Below are positions 19,195 to 28,619 of a DNA stretch of 64,000 nucleotides, piece by piece. Source of the stretch: Promethearchaeati archaeon SRVP18_Atabeyarchaeia-1. Lineage in GTDB: Archaea; Asgardarchaeota; Atabeyarchaeia; Atabeyarchaeales; Atabeyarchaeaceae. The number at the start of each line of letters is the position of its first letter. The stretch's first letter is position 1. The position numbers and the translations under genes are program-made. Below the pieces are notes generated by a model. The model ran no database searches. It was not told where the DNA came from and saw nothing but the letters and a program-made list of their open reading frames with translations. The stretch is from assembly GCA_037308085.1 (NCBI GenBank), contig CP147779.1:768001-832000 (forward strand), read 5' to 3'.

Positions 19195-20757
19195 TTATCC
19201 CATGTCAGGAGCAGTTCTCAGCCAGTTCAACTCGTTCTTATACGGGGTTCGGATGTCGTCTGCCTCCGTTTTTGTCATAAAGAGTCTCTCGAGCCCCAGC
19301 CCCCATGCTAGCACCGGATGCTTGATTCCTAGGGGAAGCGTGACTTCTGGTCTGAAGATCCCCATGCCTCCAAGCTCTAACCATTTTCCAACAGTACGTG
19401 GCTTGCCGTCTTGATCAGTCAGCCTCCTCTCAACGTACGCGACGGCTTCGGCGCTGGGTTCGGTGTAGGGGAAGTAAGAGGGCCAGAATCGCACTTTCGG
19501 GAATCCAAGTCGGTTGTAGAACTCTTTGAGAATTCCCATCAAATCTGCCAGTGAGGCATCCTTGTCCATGATTATTCCTTCAATCTGATGGAACTCGGCT
19601 AGGTGTTTGTAATTGACTTTCTCATTTCTGTAGACCCGGTCGACAGAGAACACCTTGATTGGCGGGGTCGGATGTGAGGCGAGGTACTTGATGGTGGTGG
19701 CGGTCGTATGGGTTCTAAGTATCACTTGCTGTGCGATGTCTCTGCTCCACTTGTATCCCCATCCGGTCGACCCCGTCTCCCAGCCATCTTCATGTGTCTG
19801 TGCAATCCGTTTCACTATGGTCTGCTCAGGAAGCTTGGCCATAGAAGGCGTCGAGAGGTAGAATGTGTCATGCATCTCCCTAGCTGGGTGATCTTGGGGT
19901 TGAAACAGCGCGTCAAAGTTCCAGAATGCAGATTCAACCAGATTACCTTTGATCTCCTCGAAACCCAGCTCAAGAAAGATCTCTCTCACCTCTTCGATCA
20001 AGTTAGCGATTGGATGGATCTTCGCGATGGCCGTGGGTTCTGAAGGTGCCGAAACGTCGAATGGCTTGAAATTAGCCGTCTTCCAGTCGCCGGACCTGAT
20101 CATTTCTGGAGTGAGTTGCGTAACCTCCTCGGTCACGTCTACGCCGGCGCGTACAGCTTCAAGTCCATTGCTCGTGATCGCCAAAGTCCTCGTCTTGTAG
20201 GTTGTGACCTCCGCCAGCCTACGTTTTTGAAGCAATTCAGCCACTTCCTTCAACTCCTGCCTTAACGAGGAGATCGGCAATTCCCGCCTTTCAGATAATT
20301 CCCTGATCAACTCCTCATCTGCAGATCTCGAAGGTTTGGCTGTGGATTTGAGAAACAGCTTTCCAGCATCCTTGGTGGCCGTAGCCCAATTCTTTTTCCT
20401 AAGCCATCCTAGCGCTATAGTAGCTTCTCCATCTGTCAGAGGCAGCTCTTTCTTAAGTGCGCCGAACTCGCTGGCTCCGCCTTTTCTGATGAGATAATCT
20501 AAGATTATCCTTTCAGGAAGTCCAGCCTTCGAGCACTTAATGCCCTCTTCGGTGAGTTTTACTTGCTTTTCCTCTGATTCGAGAATCGCTACAAGATTCT
20601 TCTCAGATAGCGAAGTGGAGGCTCCGAATATGGTTGCCTGATCAAGTCTCAGGATATCTACGAGTTCACGAACAGTGATCTTCTTCTTTGCCTTTGCCAG
20701 AGCATCCAAGACGGATGCTTCAACTTGGCCCAAACTTAACGACTTAGATGATGGCAT
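19195..20757 (-). CDS. pheS: Phenylalanyl-tRNA synthetase alpha subunit
   Basis: FWNFDALFQPQDHPAREMHDTFY, LRTHTT, HLAEFHQIEG, FPYTEPS and WGLGLERL. Confidence 0.97.
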   Translation of the reverse strand: MPSSKSLSLGQVEASVLDALAKAKKKITVRELVDILRLDQATIFGASTSLSEKNLVAILESEEKQVKLTEEGIKCSKAGLPERIILDYLIRKGGASEFGALKKELPLTDGEATIALGWLRKKNWATATKDAGKLFLKSTAKPSRSADEELIRELSERRELPISSLRQELKEVAELLQKRRLAEVTTYKTRTLAITSNGLEAVRAGVDVTEEVTQLTPEMIRSGDWKTANFKPFDVSAPSEPTAIAKIHPIANLIEEVREIFLELGFEEIKGNLVESAFWNFDALFQPQDHPAREMHDTFYLSTPSMAKLPEQTIVKRIAQTHEDGWETGSTGWGYKWSRDIAQQVILRTHTTATTIKYLASHPTPPIKVFSVDRVYRNEKVNYKHLAEFHQIEGIIMDKDASLADLMGILKEFYNRLGFPKVRFWPSYFPYTEPSAEAVAYVERRLTDQDGKPRTVGKWLELGGMGIFRPEVTLPLGIKHPVLAWGLGLERLFMTKTEADDIRTPYKNELNWLRTAPDMG

Positions 20758-20967
20758 CGCACGTTTCTCCTCAAGGAGGAGACCTTGAGCAGAGAATTCC
20801 TTTAGGCAAGGCTCTAACCTTTCATCACAAAGGTTGACTAACCATCATTAAAACTCTTTGGTTAACGTATTCGCCCGCAAGAGCAGAGTCAAGTAGCGTT
20901 TACCTGCTCTAAGAGCTGATGCGGGATAAACCTTGGAGGCAGGTCTCCAATGCGAAGCTATCGGTCC

Positions 20968-21441
20968 CTATTTCTGTTTTCCCTCCATCTCCCTGAGCTT
21001 CGTTGACCTGATTGGATGCCCCTCCCTGTCTAGAACCATCTCGATGACAACGGGAAGAAGCGGGCGTAGACCTTTCTTCTTTCTTGCTTGGTTTATTTCT
21101 GGGACTACTGATGCAGTTTCCTTGCTGACTACAAGCGCTTCTATTCTCGCGTCATCTGCAGTGGTCCCGAATCGATCTGAGATGGGTACCAGCTCTGCTC
21201 TTTCAAGAAATCCTTCTGATGATAGGAACTTCTTAATGTCCCCGACCCTGCGCTCGTATGGGTATATGAGTTCTCTTCTGGCCTTTCCTCCGAGCAGTTT
21301 CTCTGTCGCCACGCCTATGACCACCTTCCTCCCAACCTGGAATGCTTTTCGGAGTAAGACCTTGTGTCCTTCATGCAGGCGGTCGAAGGTTCCTCCCACG
21401 GCGACGCAACTGAATAGGGGCATTTGGGCAAGCACCGGCAC
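20968..21441 (-). CDS. coaD: Phosphopantetheine adenylyltransferase (archaeal/eukaryote type)
   Basis: AVGGTFDRLHEGHK, ALVVSKET and IRSTKLR. Confidence 0.9.
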   Translation of the reverse strand: MPVLAQMPLFSCVAVGGTFDRLHEGHKVLLRKAFQVGRKVVIGVATEKLLGGKARRELIYPYERRVGDIKKFLSSEGFLERAELVPISDRFGTTADDARIEALVVSKETASVVPEINQARKKKGLRPLLPVVIEMVLDREGHPIRSTKLREMEGKQK

Positions 21442-21528
21442 AGAGTGTTTCTGTGAATGATTTATTTAAAAGGAAGATACCATAAAAGGATATTCTTAGT
21501 ACGTGGAACCCACAGGGTGTGGAGATCG

Positions 21529-22440
21529 ATGGGAAATAGCATGTTGTCCAGCAAGGAGCTGGAGGCCTACCGAAATGCAGGAAGAATCGCCTCGCTTGTC
21601 AGGAGAAGCATTGCGGAACTCGTTAAGCCAGGAGAGAAGATCTCAAGAGTATGTGTGCAGAGCGAGAATATGATCAGAAGAAAGGATGCAGTCCCAGCGT
21701 TTCCGACTAATGTTTCTGTGAACGATGTCACCGCTCACTACACTTCCCCGCCTGGCGACGAGACCGTGTTTCCCGAGAATGGGCTGGTCAAGGTCGACCT
21801 TGGAGCCTCGGTCGACGGCTACTTATCAGATACTGCCATAACAGTGGATCTCAGTGGCAGAGAAACTGCCATGGTAGGCGCAGCTGATAAAGCTCTAAAG
21901 GCTGCAATATCGGCTATCAAGGCAGGGGTTAGTGTTGGTGCAGTGGGAGGGGCAATAAGCAGAGTCATACTAGGCGCTGGGCTGAAACCCATATCGAACC
22001 TCACTGGACATAGTCTGGCTAGAAATGAGCTTCACTCAGGAACATCAGTTCCCAATATCCCGATGCAATTGGGACACGTGATGAGGGAGGGGGAGGTCTA
22101 CGCCATTGAACCCTTCGTGACAAAAAAGGAAGGGAAGGGTTTCGTGAAGGAGTCAAAGAACACGTACATATTCAGCTGCAACGCCGATGCATCCGACCTG
22201 GGCGCCAGCGATTCCCCCGAAAAAGCTGTTTTCGGCGAATTCAAGAAGAAGTTTGGCAATCTGCCTTTCGCGCTTCGATGGATCGATCATAATATTGATG
22301 AAAAGCCGTTCAAGAAGCTTCTGAAGGAAGGGTTCCTAGTAGGGTACCCAGTACTAGTGGAGGCAGGTGGGAAAATCGTCGCCCAAGCGGAACATACCGT
22401 GCTGGTGAAGAAATACGGTTGTGAGGTGCTAACCAGTTAG
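21529..22440 (+). CDS. map: Type II methionine aminopeptidase
   Basis: AFPTNVS, AHYT, KVDLG, DGYLSDTA, NLTGH, AIEPF and AQAEHT. Confidence 0.96.
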   Translation: MGNSMLSSKELEAYRNAGRIASLVRRSIAELVKPGEKISRVCVQSENMIRRKDAVPAFPTNVSVNDVTAHYTSPPGDETVFPENGLVKVDLGASVDGYLSDTAITVDLSGRETAMVGAADKALKAAISAIKAGVSVGAVGGAISRVILGAGLKPISNLTGHSLARNELHSGTSVPNIPMQLGHVMREGEVYAIEPFVTKKEGKGFVKESKNTYIFSCNADASDLGASDSPEKAVFGEFKKKFGNLPFALRWIDHNIDEKPFKKLLKEGFLVGYPVLVEAGGKIVAQAEHTVLVKKYGCEVLTS

Positions 22441-22479
22441 ATCTGGGCTGATGAAAGCTCCCTTTTCAGGTGGGTACCA

Positions 22480-22875
22480 CTAAGACGGCGAGAGCTGGGT
22501 TTTCTGTGCCGGGACGGTGTATATCGATCTCACGAACATTTCGCCATCGCAGTCTTTGCATTTGCCAACATTCTTGTAAACATAGTCCCCCTTTAGGAAG
22601 TCTCTGACCTCAGTGTACTCACACTTGGAGCATTTCAAGACCGTTACAGTCCTGAATATTGGAGTTTGCCGGGGCGGGCTCCGAGCAGCACTTAGAAACG
22701 AGAAGAAAAGAGAGAACAAGAAGAAGCCCAGTATGAATGCAATGTAGTCTCCGGTCTCGATGCCCGCATAGAGGTAGGGAAGGCCAAAGAACAGGCAGAT
22801 TAGCCCTATTATGACGAAGATTATGCGGACGCCTCTGACGGCACCGCCAGATCTGGGTGGTTGGCTGTCGCTCAA
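22480..22875 (-). CDS. Membrane protein with C-terminal zinc ribbon
   Basis: Two TM helices, then CSKC...F..GDYV....GKCKDC; follows DUF1512 gene. Confidence 0.75.
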   Translation of the reverse strand: MSDSQPPRSGGAVRGVRIIFVIIGLICLFFGLPYLYAGIETGDYIAFILGFFLFSLFFSFLSAARSPPRQTPIFRTVTVLKCSKCEYTEVRDFLKGDYVYKNVGKCKDCDGEMFVRSIYTVPAQKTQLSPS

Positions 22876-22895
22876 GGATATTGCCTCCGGGGAGT

Positions 22896-24038
22896 TTAGC
22901 CTACTCCAATAGTGTTCCCGATACCGGCGACGATGACCGTTGAGCCAGGCTTTGTTCTTTCTTTGATTATCTGTCTGATTCTATCTGAAACCTTGTCGGC
23001 AGCGTCGCTTATTTCCTTCTTCATTGGCGTGACTGCCTCTTCAATTGCTTCCTTAACTAGAATCGCGTCTATGGGTATCTTGTACTTCACGGCGGCTTCC
23101 TCAATCTTGTACTTCTCAGGACCAGGATCTCCTATTGCGGCTCCGACACCCTCAACAACGTCGCCGGTCGTTTCACCCTCAAGTTTACCCGCTGCGTCGA
23201 CCATGATTATCCTGGAGATCTCTCCCTTGAACTCTTCGACCATCTTGGCGATTGCTTCCCCTGGCTTACCAACGCGACTACCTGGTCCCTTCGCCCTAAC
23301 GAGGATCACATTTCTGTCCTCAATCTTGATTTGTGCGACAGTAACCTCCTTCGCAACATCCTCGTTAACAATCGGTTCTAAGCCGCTCTTCTTGTACGAA
23401 TCCACGATGCGGGCGGCGACGAGCGGTCCAAGTCCATCGCCGATAGGCTTGCCTACGGAGAAGGCTTTTAGCGCTTCGAAGTATGACTTGGCGATCCTCA
23501 TGATTTGTGCCAGCTGCATTTGCACCTGCATCGTGATCATCATGTTCTTCTCTTTCTTGCTGAGAAGGTAGTAGTGCCTGATAACCTTGAAGATAAAGTA
23601 GACGGCGCTAGCTGCTTCAATCGACCCTTCGAGGTTCGAGGCCTCGTCCTTGCTGGCAGCAGGAGCCATCCTTGCAACAGCATCCTCGTAGCTTGATTTT
23701 CTAACGTCCAGAATGTGATCCAACCTTTGGATTACCCCGGCTGGATCGAGGCTGACAGGCTCGATTGTCACAAATTCCAGCATTCCAGCAACCGCCTTGG
23801 ATGGATCCTCTGAAGGTTTGCCAACATCCTTCACAGACTTTGTGAGGATCTCCTTAGACTCTACCGACATCCTGTCAAGCTTGAAGAGAGCCTGCTCTAT
23901 CTGCTTCGTCATCCTCCACACCTGAAGAGCATTGCCATAGAAAATGATGAAGAAGAAGAAGACAAAATACAGCATGTTGATTACCAGGCCGAGCGTATTA
24001 TCACTCGAACCGAACAACTGCAGTGGCACCAATCCCAT
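22896..24038 (-). CDS. DUF1512 family protein
   Basis: PVSLDPAG, PIGDGLGP, GPGSRVGKPG, DAAGKLEGE, GAAIGDPGPEK and GIGNTIGVG. Confidence 0.85.
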   Translation of the reverse strand: MGLVPLQLFGSSDNTLGLVINMLYFVFFFFIIFYGNALQVWRMTKQIEQALFKLDRMSVESKEILTKSVKDVGKPSEDPSKAVAGMLEFVTIEPVSLDPAGVIQRLDHILDVRKSSYEDAVARMAPAASKDEASNLEGSIEAASAVYFIFKVIRHYYLLSKKEKNMMITMQVQMQLAQIMRIAKSYFEALKAFSVGKPIGDGLGPLVAARIVDSYKKSGLEPIVNEDVAKEVTVAQIKIEDRNVILVRAKGPGSRVGKPGEAIAKMVEEFKGEISRIIMVDAAGKLEGETTGDVVEGVGAAIGDPGPEKYKIEEAAVKYKIPIDAILVKEAIEEAVTPMKKEISDAADKVSDRIRQIIKERTKPGSTVIVAGIGNTIGVG

Positions 24039-24240
24039 ATTACTGGTCTCCTATCACAGTGTTGATCCTTCTCATTTACTCTCAAAGACTAGCATGATTT
24101 GACTCCAGCTTTTTATAAACTTGTGTGTTTAGGCAATCGAGAAGGCAAGGCATTCGGTCGATTCCCGCAACACCAGAAAGAATCCACGCGCAGCTCCCAC
24201 TACCAGCAACCCACGGATGAAATGCCCCGAGAAACAAAGA

Positions 24241-24418
24241 GTGGCAACAATCCGTGGTCGGAACGGGAACGGGTGTTACCCCTCGCCTATGACCGGCGGC
24301 GCACCGCCAGCCGTCCAAGCTTCCCGAGAGATCTCTCATCTCAGTACAACTTGCACCGCGCGAGGACTTAACTCTCACGGCCGAGGTTGGCACCTGGTCG
24401 GCTCTCACGTGTTGCCAC
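24241..24418 (-). rRNA. rrf: 5S rRNA gene, circularly permuted (3' half 24373-24304, UGCG linker, 5' half 24299-24251), with BHB flanks
   Basis: Joining CCGCCGGUCAUAGGCGAGGGGUAACACCCGUUCCCGUUCCGACCACGGA (49 nt) to AGUUAAGUCCUCGCGCGG...GUACUG...CGGGAAG...GGCUGGCGG (70 nt) gives a 119-nt archaeal 5S with helix I CCGCCGGUC/GGCUGGCGG and helix II GCGAGGG/UCCUCGC. Confidence 0.9.
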
Positions 24419-24445
24419 CAAAGGTACGTGTATTATCAAAGAATA

Positions 24446-24460
24446 GTTCTTATAAACTTA
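24446..24460 (-). promoter_or_regulatory. Putative TATA box of the permuted 5S precursor
   Basis: TTTATAAG about 30 nt upstream of the leader stem on the minus strand. Confidence 0.5.
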
Positions 24461-24469
24461 GCGATATCG

Positions 24470-24670
24470 GGTTCTGTTAACTTAGCGTGGGACGGGGAAG
24501 AGTGTTAAGCACATTGGGGTGGTACCGTCTCTATTCAGTGGATCCCCTATGGGCACGTAAGTTATAGGGAGAGTGTAGTGGGGGGCTCGAAAAGGAGAAT
24601 GCACAGGACGCGATCTTCTTAACTTGCGCGCAGGGTATAGAAGGTTGATCCAGGCTAAGTCAACAGAACC
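24470..24670. mobile_element. MITE with IS6-like terminal inverted repeats
   Basis: GGTTCTGTTAACTTAGC ... GCTAAGTCAACAGAACC (16/17 IR), 201 bp, no credible ORF, no TSD. Confidence 0.75.
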
Positions 24671-24776
24671 TAACATCATCCAGACGTAAATCAATCTGGG
24701 AACCTCTCAATCATGGCAAGTTCACGGGGGTATAGAGAAATGCTTAACTATCAGATTAATCGCAATCTAACTAGCA

Positions 24777-24982
24777 GGGGCTGTAGCCTAGCCTGGGTGG
24801 GCATCGGGCTCCAGTTATGTTGTATCCATTGAACGCGACCGTAATCGGGATGACGAGTTACTGGAGCGGCCCATACGGGAGAAACCCGAAGAGTGAATTG
24901 CTCGATGCGGGTTCACGCGGAAGTCGGGAGTTCAAAACTCCACGAGATCATGTCTCCTGGTCTGAGAGTCTCCCCAGCCCCA
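24777..24982 (+). tRNA. tRNA-Trp(CCA) with three BHB introns (24825-24883 at 37/38, 24892-24922 at 45/46, 24937-24968 at 59/60)
   Basis: Acceptor GGGGCTG/CAGCCCC; spliced arms TCGGG-CTCCAGA-CCCGA, AGGTC and GGGAG-TTCAAAT-CTCCC; intron 1 has a C'-like ATGACGA and CTGGAGC antisense to the anticodon arm. Confidence 0.88.
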
Positions 24983-25449
24983 CCTATTCCGCCGTTTTTC
25001 CGAAGTCAATGCGGATGAACGCATTGTGTGGCTCCTTTTGCAGAGTGGTAGGGGTGATATACTCGCGGTTTTACACAAGCTTTCCCTGCCATATCATTCT
25101 TCCACATTTCCTCTCGCCAAAATTGTTGACACGGAGTAGGTGGGTCAATCAGTTGTGAAAGGAATCAAAATACAGGATAATACTGCCAACTTTGGGAAAC
25201 GGTATGTGAATAACACATGGAAACGTCCTTGACCCAGCACACTCTTGAGCTCTAAATAGGATCGACCATTGACGCTACTGGTGAAAGGGAAGTAAAGACT
25301 TGCCTATCAGCATGTGGGGGAACTTCCACATCTTGGGTGCGGTAACTAGCCATTGTGAAGATGCTACTAGCAGTGACGAAGGGAATGGTGGCGCTGCTTT
25401 CAGAACCATCAACTCGACCAGGATCTTTCCCAGTGGCAAGCTCCAACTG

Positions 25450-26786
25450 ATGCCGAACACCTACGTTTTCGTTCTTTGCAGGTGCCGCAGACCTCTGATG
25501 CCAACAACTGCACCCAAAGCCAGGATTCTACTGAAACAGAACAGAGCAAAGGTTTTCCGTCTATATCCCTTCACGATACAGCTTAACTATGAGACCCATC
25601 ACCAGGCGCAACCTATGGAGATACGGATCGACTATGGTGCCAAGACGCATGGCATCGCTCTAGTACAGCAGTGCAAAACACAAGAGCGAGCAGTCTTTCT
25701 CGGTGAGGCGCAGCAACGAAAAGATGTCAAGAAGAAAATGGACATAAGGAGGGAAATGCGCAGACTGAGAAGATACAGGAACACTCGTTACAGAAAACCA
25801 CGGTTCAGCAACCGTAGACGACCAGAAGGCTGGGTGCCGCCAACTATAGCCCAAAGAGTCGAGTCAATCACAAGAATCGCGCGAACTCTAGAGAAGCTAA
25901 CTTCAATTACCAGCGTAGTAACTGAAATCGGCATGTTTGATGCACAGAAGATGAACGACCCAGAGATAGAGGGTATCGAATACCAGCAAGGTCCTGGTCA
26001 TGGCTCGAAAACAAGAAACAAGCGACCCTAGCGTACTTCAACTACATATGTCAATACTGTGGAGCAGAAAGGGGCATAATGACAGTAGACCATGTTATGC
26101 CGACAAGTAAGGGGGGCACAGACACCTGGAACAACCTAACATGTGCGTGCTTGGCCTGCAACAAGAAGAAGAACGACCGTACCCCAGAAGAAGCAAATAT
26201 GTAATACCCCAAAACGGTAAAACCAAGAGAAGCGCATTTCCTGAAGTTTTGTGCACTAATGCAATCAGGAAAAACCAGACTTGTCAACGAACTGAAGAAA
26301 CTTGCACCTACACAAACGGTATACGGCTGGCAGACAAAACGGAACCGGGAGACAGCAAATCTGCCGAAGACTCACTACTTCGATGCACTCTGCACGAGAA
26401 ACATAAACCAAAAACCAATTAGATTGACAGGCAATGTTTACTGGATCAGACTCAGGAGACGCAACATAAGGCGAACACATCTCGTGAATCCCATGAAAGG
26501 AGGGAAGAGGCAGCCTTACAACCAAAATAAGGAACTTCAAGGATATAGGAAAGGCGACCTAGTTCGAACTCCACACGGACTAGCATACATAGTAGGAATT
26601 CTGACCTCAGGACAGCTTCAATATCAGACCATCTACGGACAAATACAGAAAAGAATCCCCAAGCAAGTCAAGCTAGTCGAGAGCACAAGAGGTGTCCGCT
26701 TCTTTCCAATGAAGAAAGAAGCCCGAGCCAAGTATCGTTTTGGAGACCAAGCGAGGCCTTCAGAAACTAGGGTCAGTGATGCTTAA
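25450..26786 (+). pseudogene. iscB: IscB (PLMP, RuvC, HNH) with a frameshift and a premature stop
   Basis: PLMPTT, IDYGAK, bridge helix, EIGMFD, HNH VDHVMP..KGG.D..NNL and HYFDA; 1-nt deletion near 26005 and TAA near 26202 relative to the paralog at 49264. Confidence 0.88.
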
Positions 26787-27020
26787 TGAGGCGTTAGGCA
26801 TATGAACTATGTCTGGGAGGTTAGCTCAAATACCACCACGGAATGCATGCTCTAGTTCCGTGCTCTGGGAGTCTGGGTGAAGGAAAGCTTCCGCCAAGCC
26901 CAGGGTGCTCTACTCTCAGCGGCAACGTGAGAGCAACATCATCTAGACACACAGCTTCTCCCGACTTACCCGAAGAGCGACCTAACCCCGCTGATGTGCA
27001 CGACAGGATCAGTGGGAGAT
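26737..27020 (+). ncRNA. omega-RNA scaffold downstream of iscB
   Basis: ACTAGGGTCAG, ACTATGTCTGGGAG/CTCCCGAC, CACGGAA-TGCATGCTCTAG-TTCCGTG and ACCCGAAG; homologous to 50326-50607 with compensatory changes. Confidence 0.8.
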
Positions 27021-27330
27021 ATTACCTCTGCAAGGTACTGAGATCTGCATAAGAAGACCATCTTCCCCCAGCGTCCATAGTAGGTCTGTCACGATTCCCA
27101 GAACGGCTACACAGATCACGTAACAGGTGACAGAAGGAGCATGGAACTGTATCCGAGAATGTAATGACACGGAGGATCGGTGTCATGTACGCCTATCTGT
27201 AAAACGACTATGGAGGGTGATAAGCGCTCTGGCAAAGAGGTGGGTAGACAGCTTGGAACAGTGGAAATCTCGCTCGCAGCATGACCAGAAAGCTAAATAC
27301 ATAAACCAGAGCTACTGATAAGAGGAATAA

Positions 27331-27427
27331 GGGCGGGTAGTCTAGATTGGTATGATACAGACGGTGAAGTCCGTCGTCAATGTGGCTCGGGACCACGTGG
27401 TCGTGGGTTCAAATCCCACCTCGCCCA
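27331..27427 (+). tRNA. tRNA-Pro(CGG) with a 23-nt intron at 27/28 (27359-27381)
   Basis: GGGCGGG/CTCGCCC acceptor; BHB TGAT/GTCA with GACGG/CCGTC; spliced CGTGG-CTCGGGA-CCACG; GTGGGTTCAAATCCCAC. Confidence 0.92.
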
Positions 27428-27655
27428 TCCCTTTCTTGTGAAATGTTCTTGTCGGATTGTTAAAAAATCGAGTGGCCGTACGTTCACCTTTTTTAGAACG
27501 TGCGCCAGCTTGAGCTAATGGCTGATCAAGGTTCTCCATGCCCAGCAGTTCACGTGAGTGCGAGCTTCTATTGCAGAGACACTCTTCGCCTTGTTGTCTG
27601 GTTTCTCTATATGGTTAAGACGAGGACTAGGTAGCCTATAGAGGGGGTATCGAAT

Positions 27656-28564
27656 TTGGCAATGCTAGACTTCGATTCTTATTCTGTCAAAGCTACTGGG
27701 AAGAGACTGCAGCTAATTGAGCAAGTAAGAATGATTCCAGATATACCCAAGCGAGCATGTTTGGAGGTCACGCTACTCACCATGAACTATCGGTTGTATT
27801 TCCTGTCTTTGTTTCTTGGAACAAGAGTTCAGTTATTTCAACCTGTCACTGAAGGTGAACGTCTAGTCATGGGGTTCCTAGTAGACAAGGACGTTGAAGC
27901 TTCAGAATTAACAGAGTTTGACAAAACATTTGACAAAATGCTTCATATGCCCAGAGATTCGCTAGAGGGGTATCTCAATAGTTGTTCTGCCTTTCATTCT
28001 GCACTTACGCTATCAGAGTCCAACTACACGGTGGCGTTCGTTCTGCTGGTTATTGCAGTCGAGAGCCTATCCAATAGGGAATACCCTAAGAGTCATGGCC
28101 ATCTCAAACGCGGATTCAAAAAGTTCGTCAGACATTATCTTCTGGCAGACAGAGCATTTCTTCCTTTTGACTTGAAGAGGGCGCTCAACGGCGAACAAGA
28201 GGATACGCTTCTTCGGAGATTATTAGAATCGGTCTATAGTGAAATAAGATCAGGTTTTGTTCATCATGGAAGAGGTGACCCTATCGGCTCAATACTAGCT
28301 GATAGGGCTGGACTTGCCTACATAAGAATTGGTGAAGATCCACAATTATCTGAAAAAGAACAGCATAAATTTCTGAACCCTGGTCTAGGCTGGTTCAAGA
28401 GAATAGTGAGAGAAGTTCTACTCGAATTTCTCAGCAGGAAAGCAGGTAAGGAACACACTGACCTCCAACTATTGCTACTAGATAGGCTGACGACAAAATT
28501 GAAGGCTGGAAAGTCTATTGAGAAAGGTCAATCGTTAACACCCGCAGACTTAGAGCTGCAATGA
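27656..28564 (+). CDS. HEPN-domain protein (Apea-like), putative RNase
   Basis: AFVLLVIAVESL helix and RSGFVH (RxxxxH) motif; more AT-rich than its neighbours; next to a tRNA. Confidence 0.6.
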   Translation: MAMLDFDSYSVKATGKRLQLIEQVRMIPDIPKRACLEVTLLTMNYRLYFLSLFLGTRVQLFQPVTEGERLVMGFLVDKDVEASELTEFDKTFDKMLHMPRDSLEGYLNSCSAFHSALTLSESNYTVAFVLLVIAVESLSNREYPKSHGHLKRGFKKFVRHYLLADRAFLPFDLKRALNGEQEDTLLRRLLESVYSEIRSGFVHHGRGDPIGSILADRAGLAYIRIGEDPQLSEKEQHKFLNPGLGWFKRIVREVLLEFLSRKAGKEHTDLQLLLLDRLTTKLKAGKSIEKGQSLTPADLELQ

Positions 28565-28619
28565 CCCTTGCATTAGACATTGTTCGTCTGAAGTTTTGGT
28601 GAGCGGGAAAGAAAAATCT

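Noticed and set aside
19385-19440. About 11-aa insertion in PheS (LTDQDGKPRTV) with a GTACGT/ACGTAC stem, considered as an in-frame intron
   Set aside because: The frame is open and no BHB geometry fits; more likely a protein loop
24082-24480. Short ORFs over the 5S region, and an initial RNase P RNA guess
   Set aside because: Explained by the permuted 5S rRNA; RNase P conserved motifs are absent
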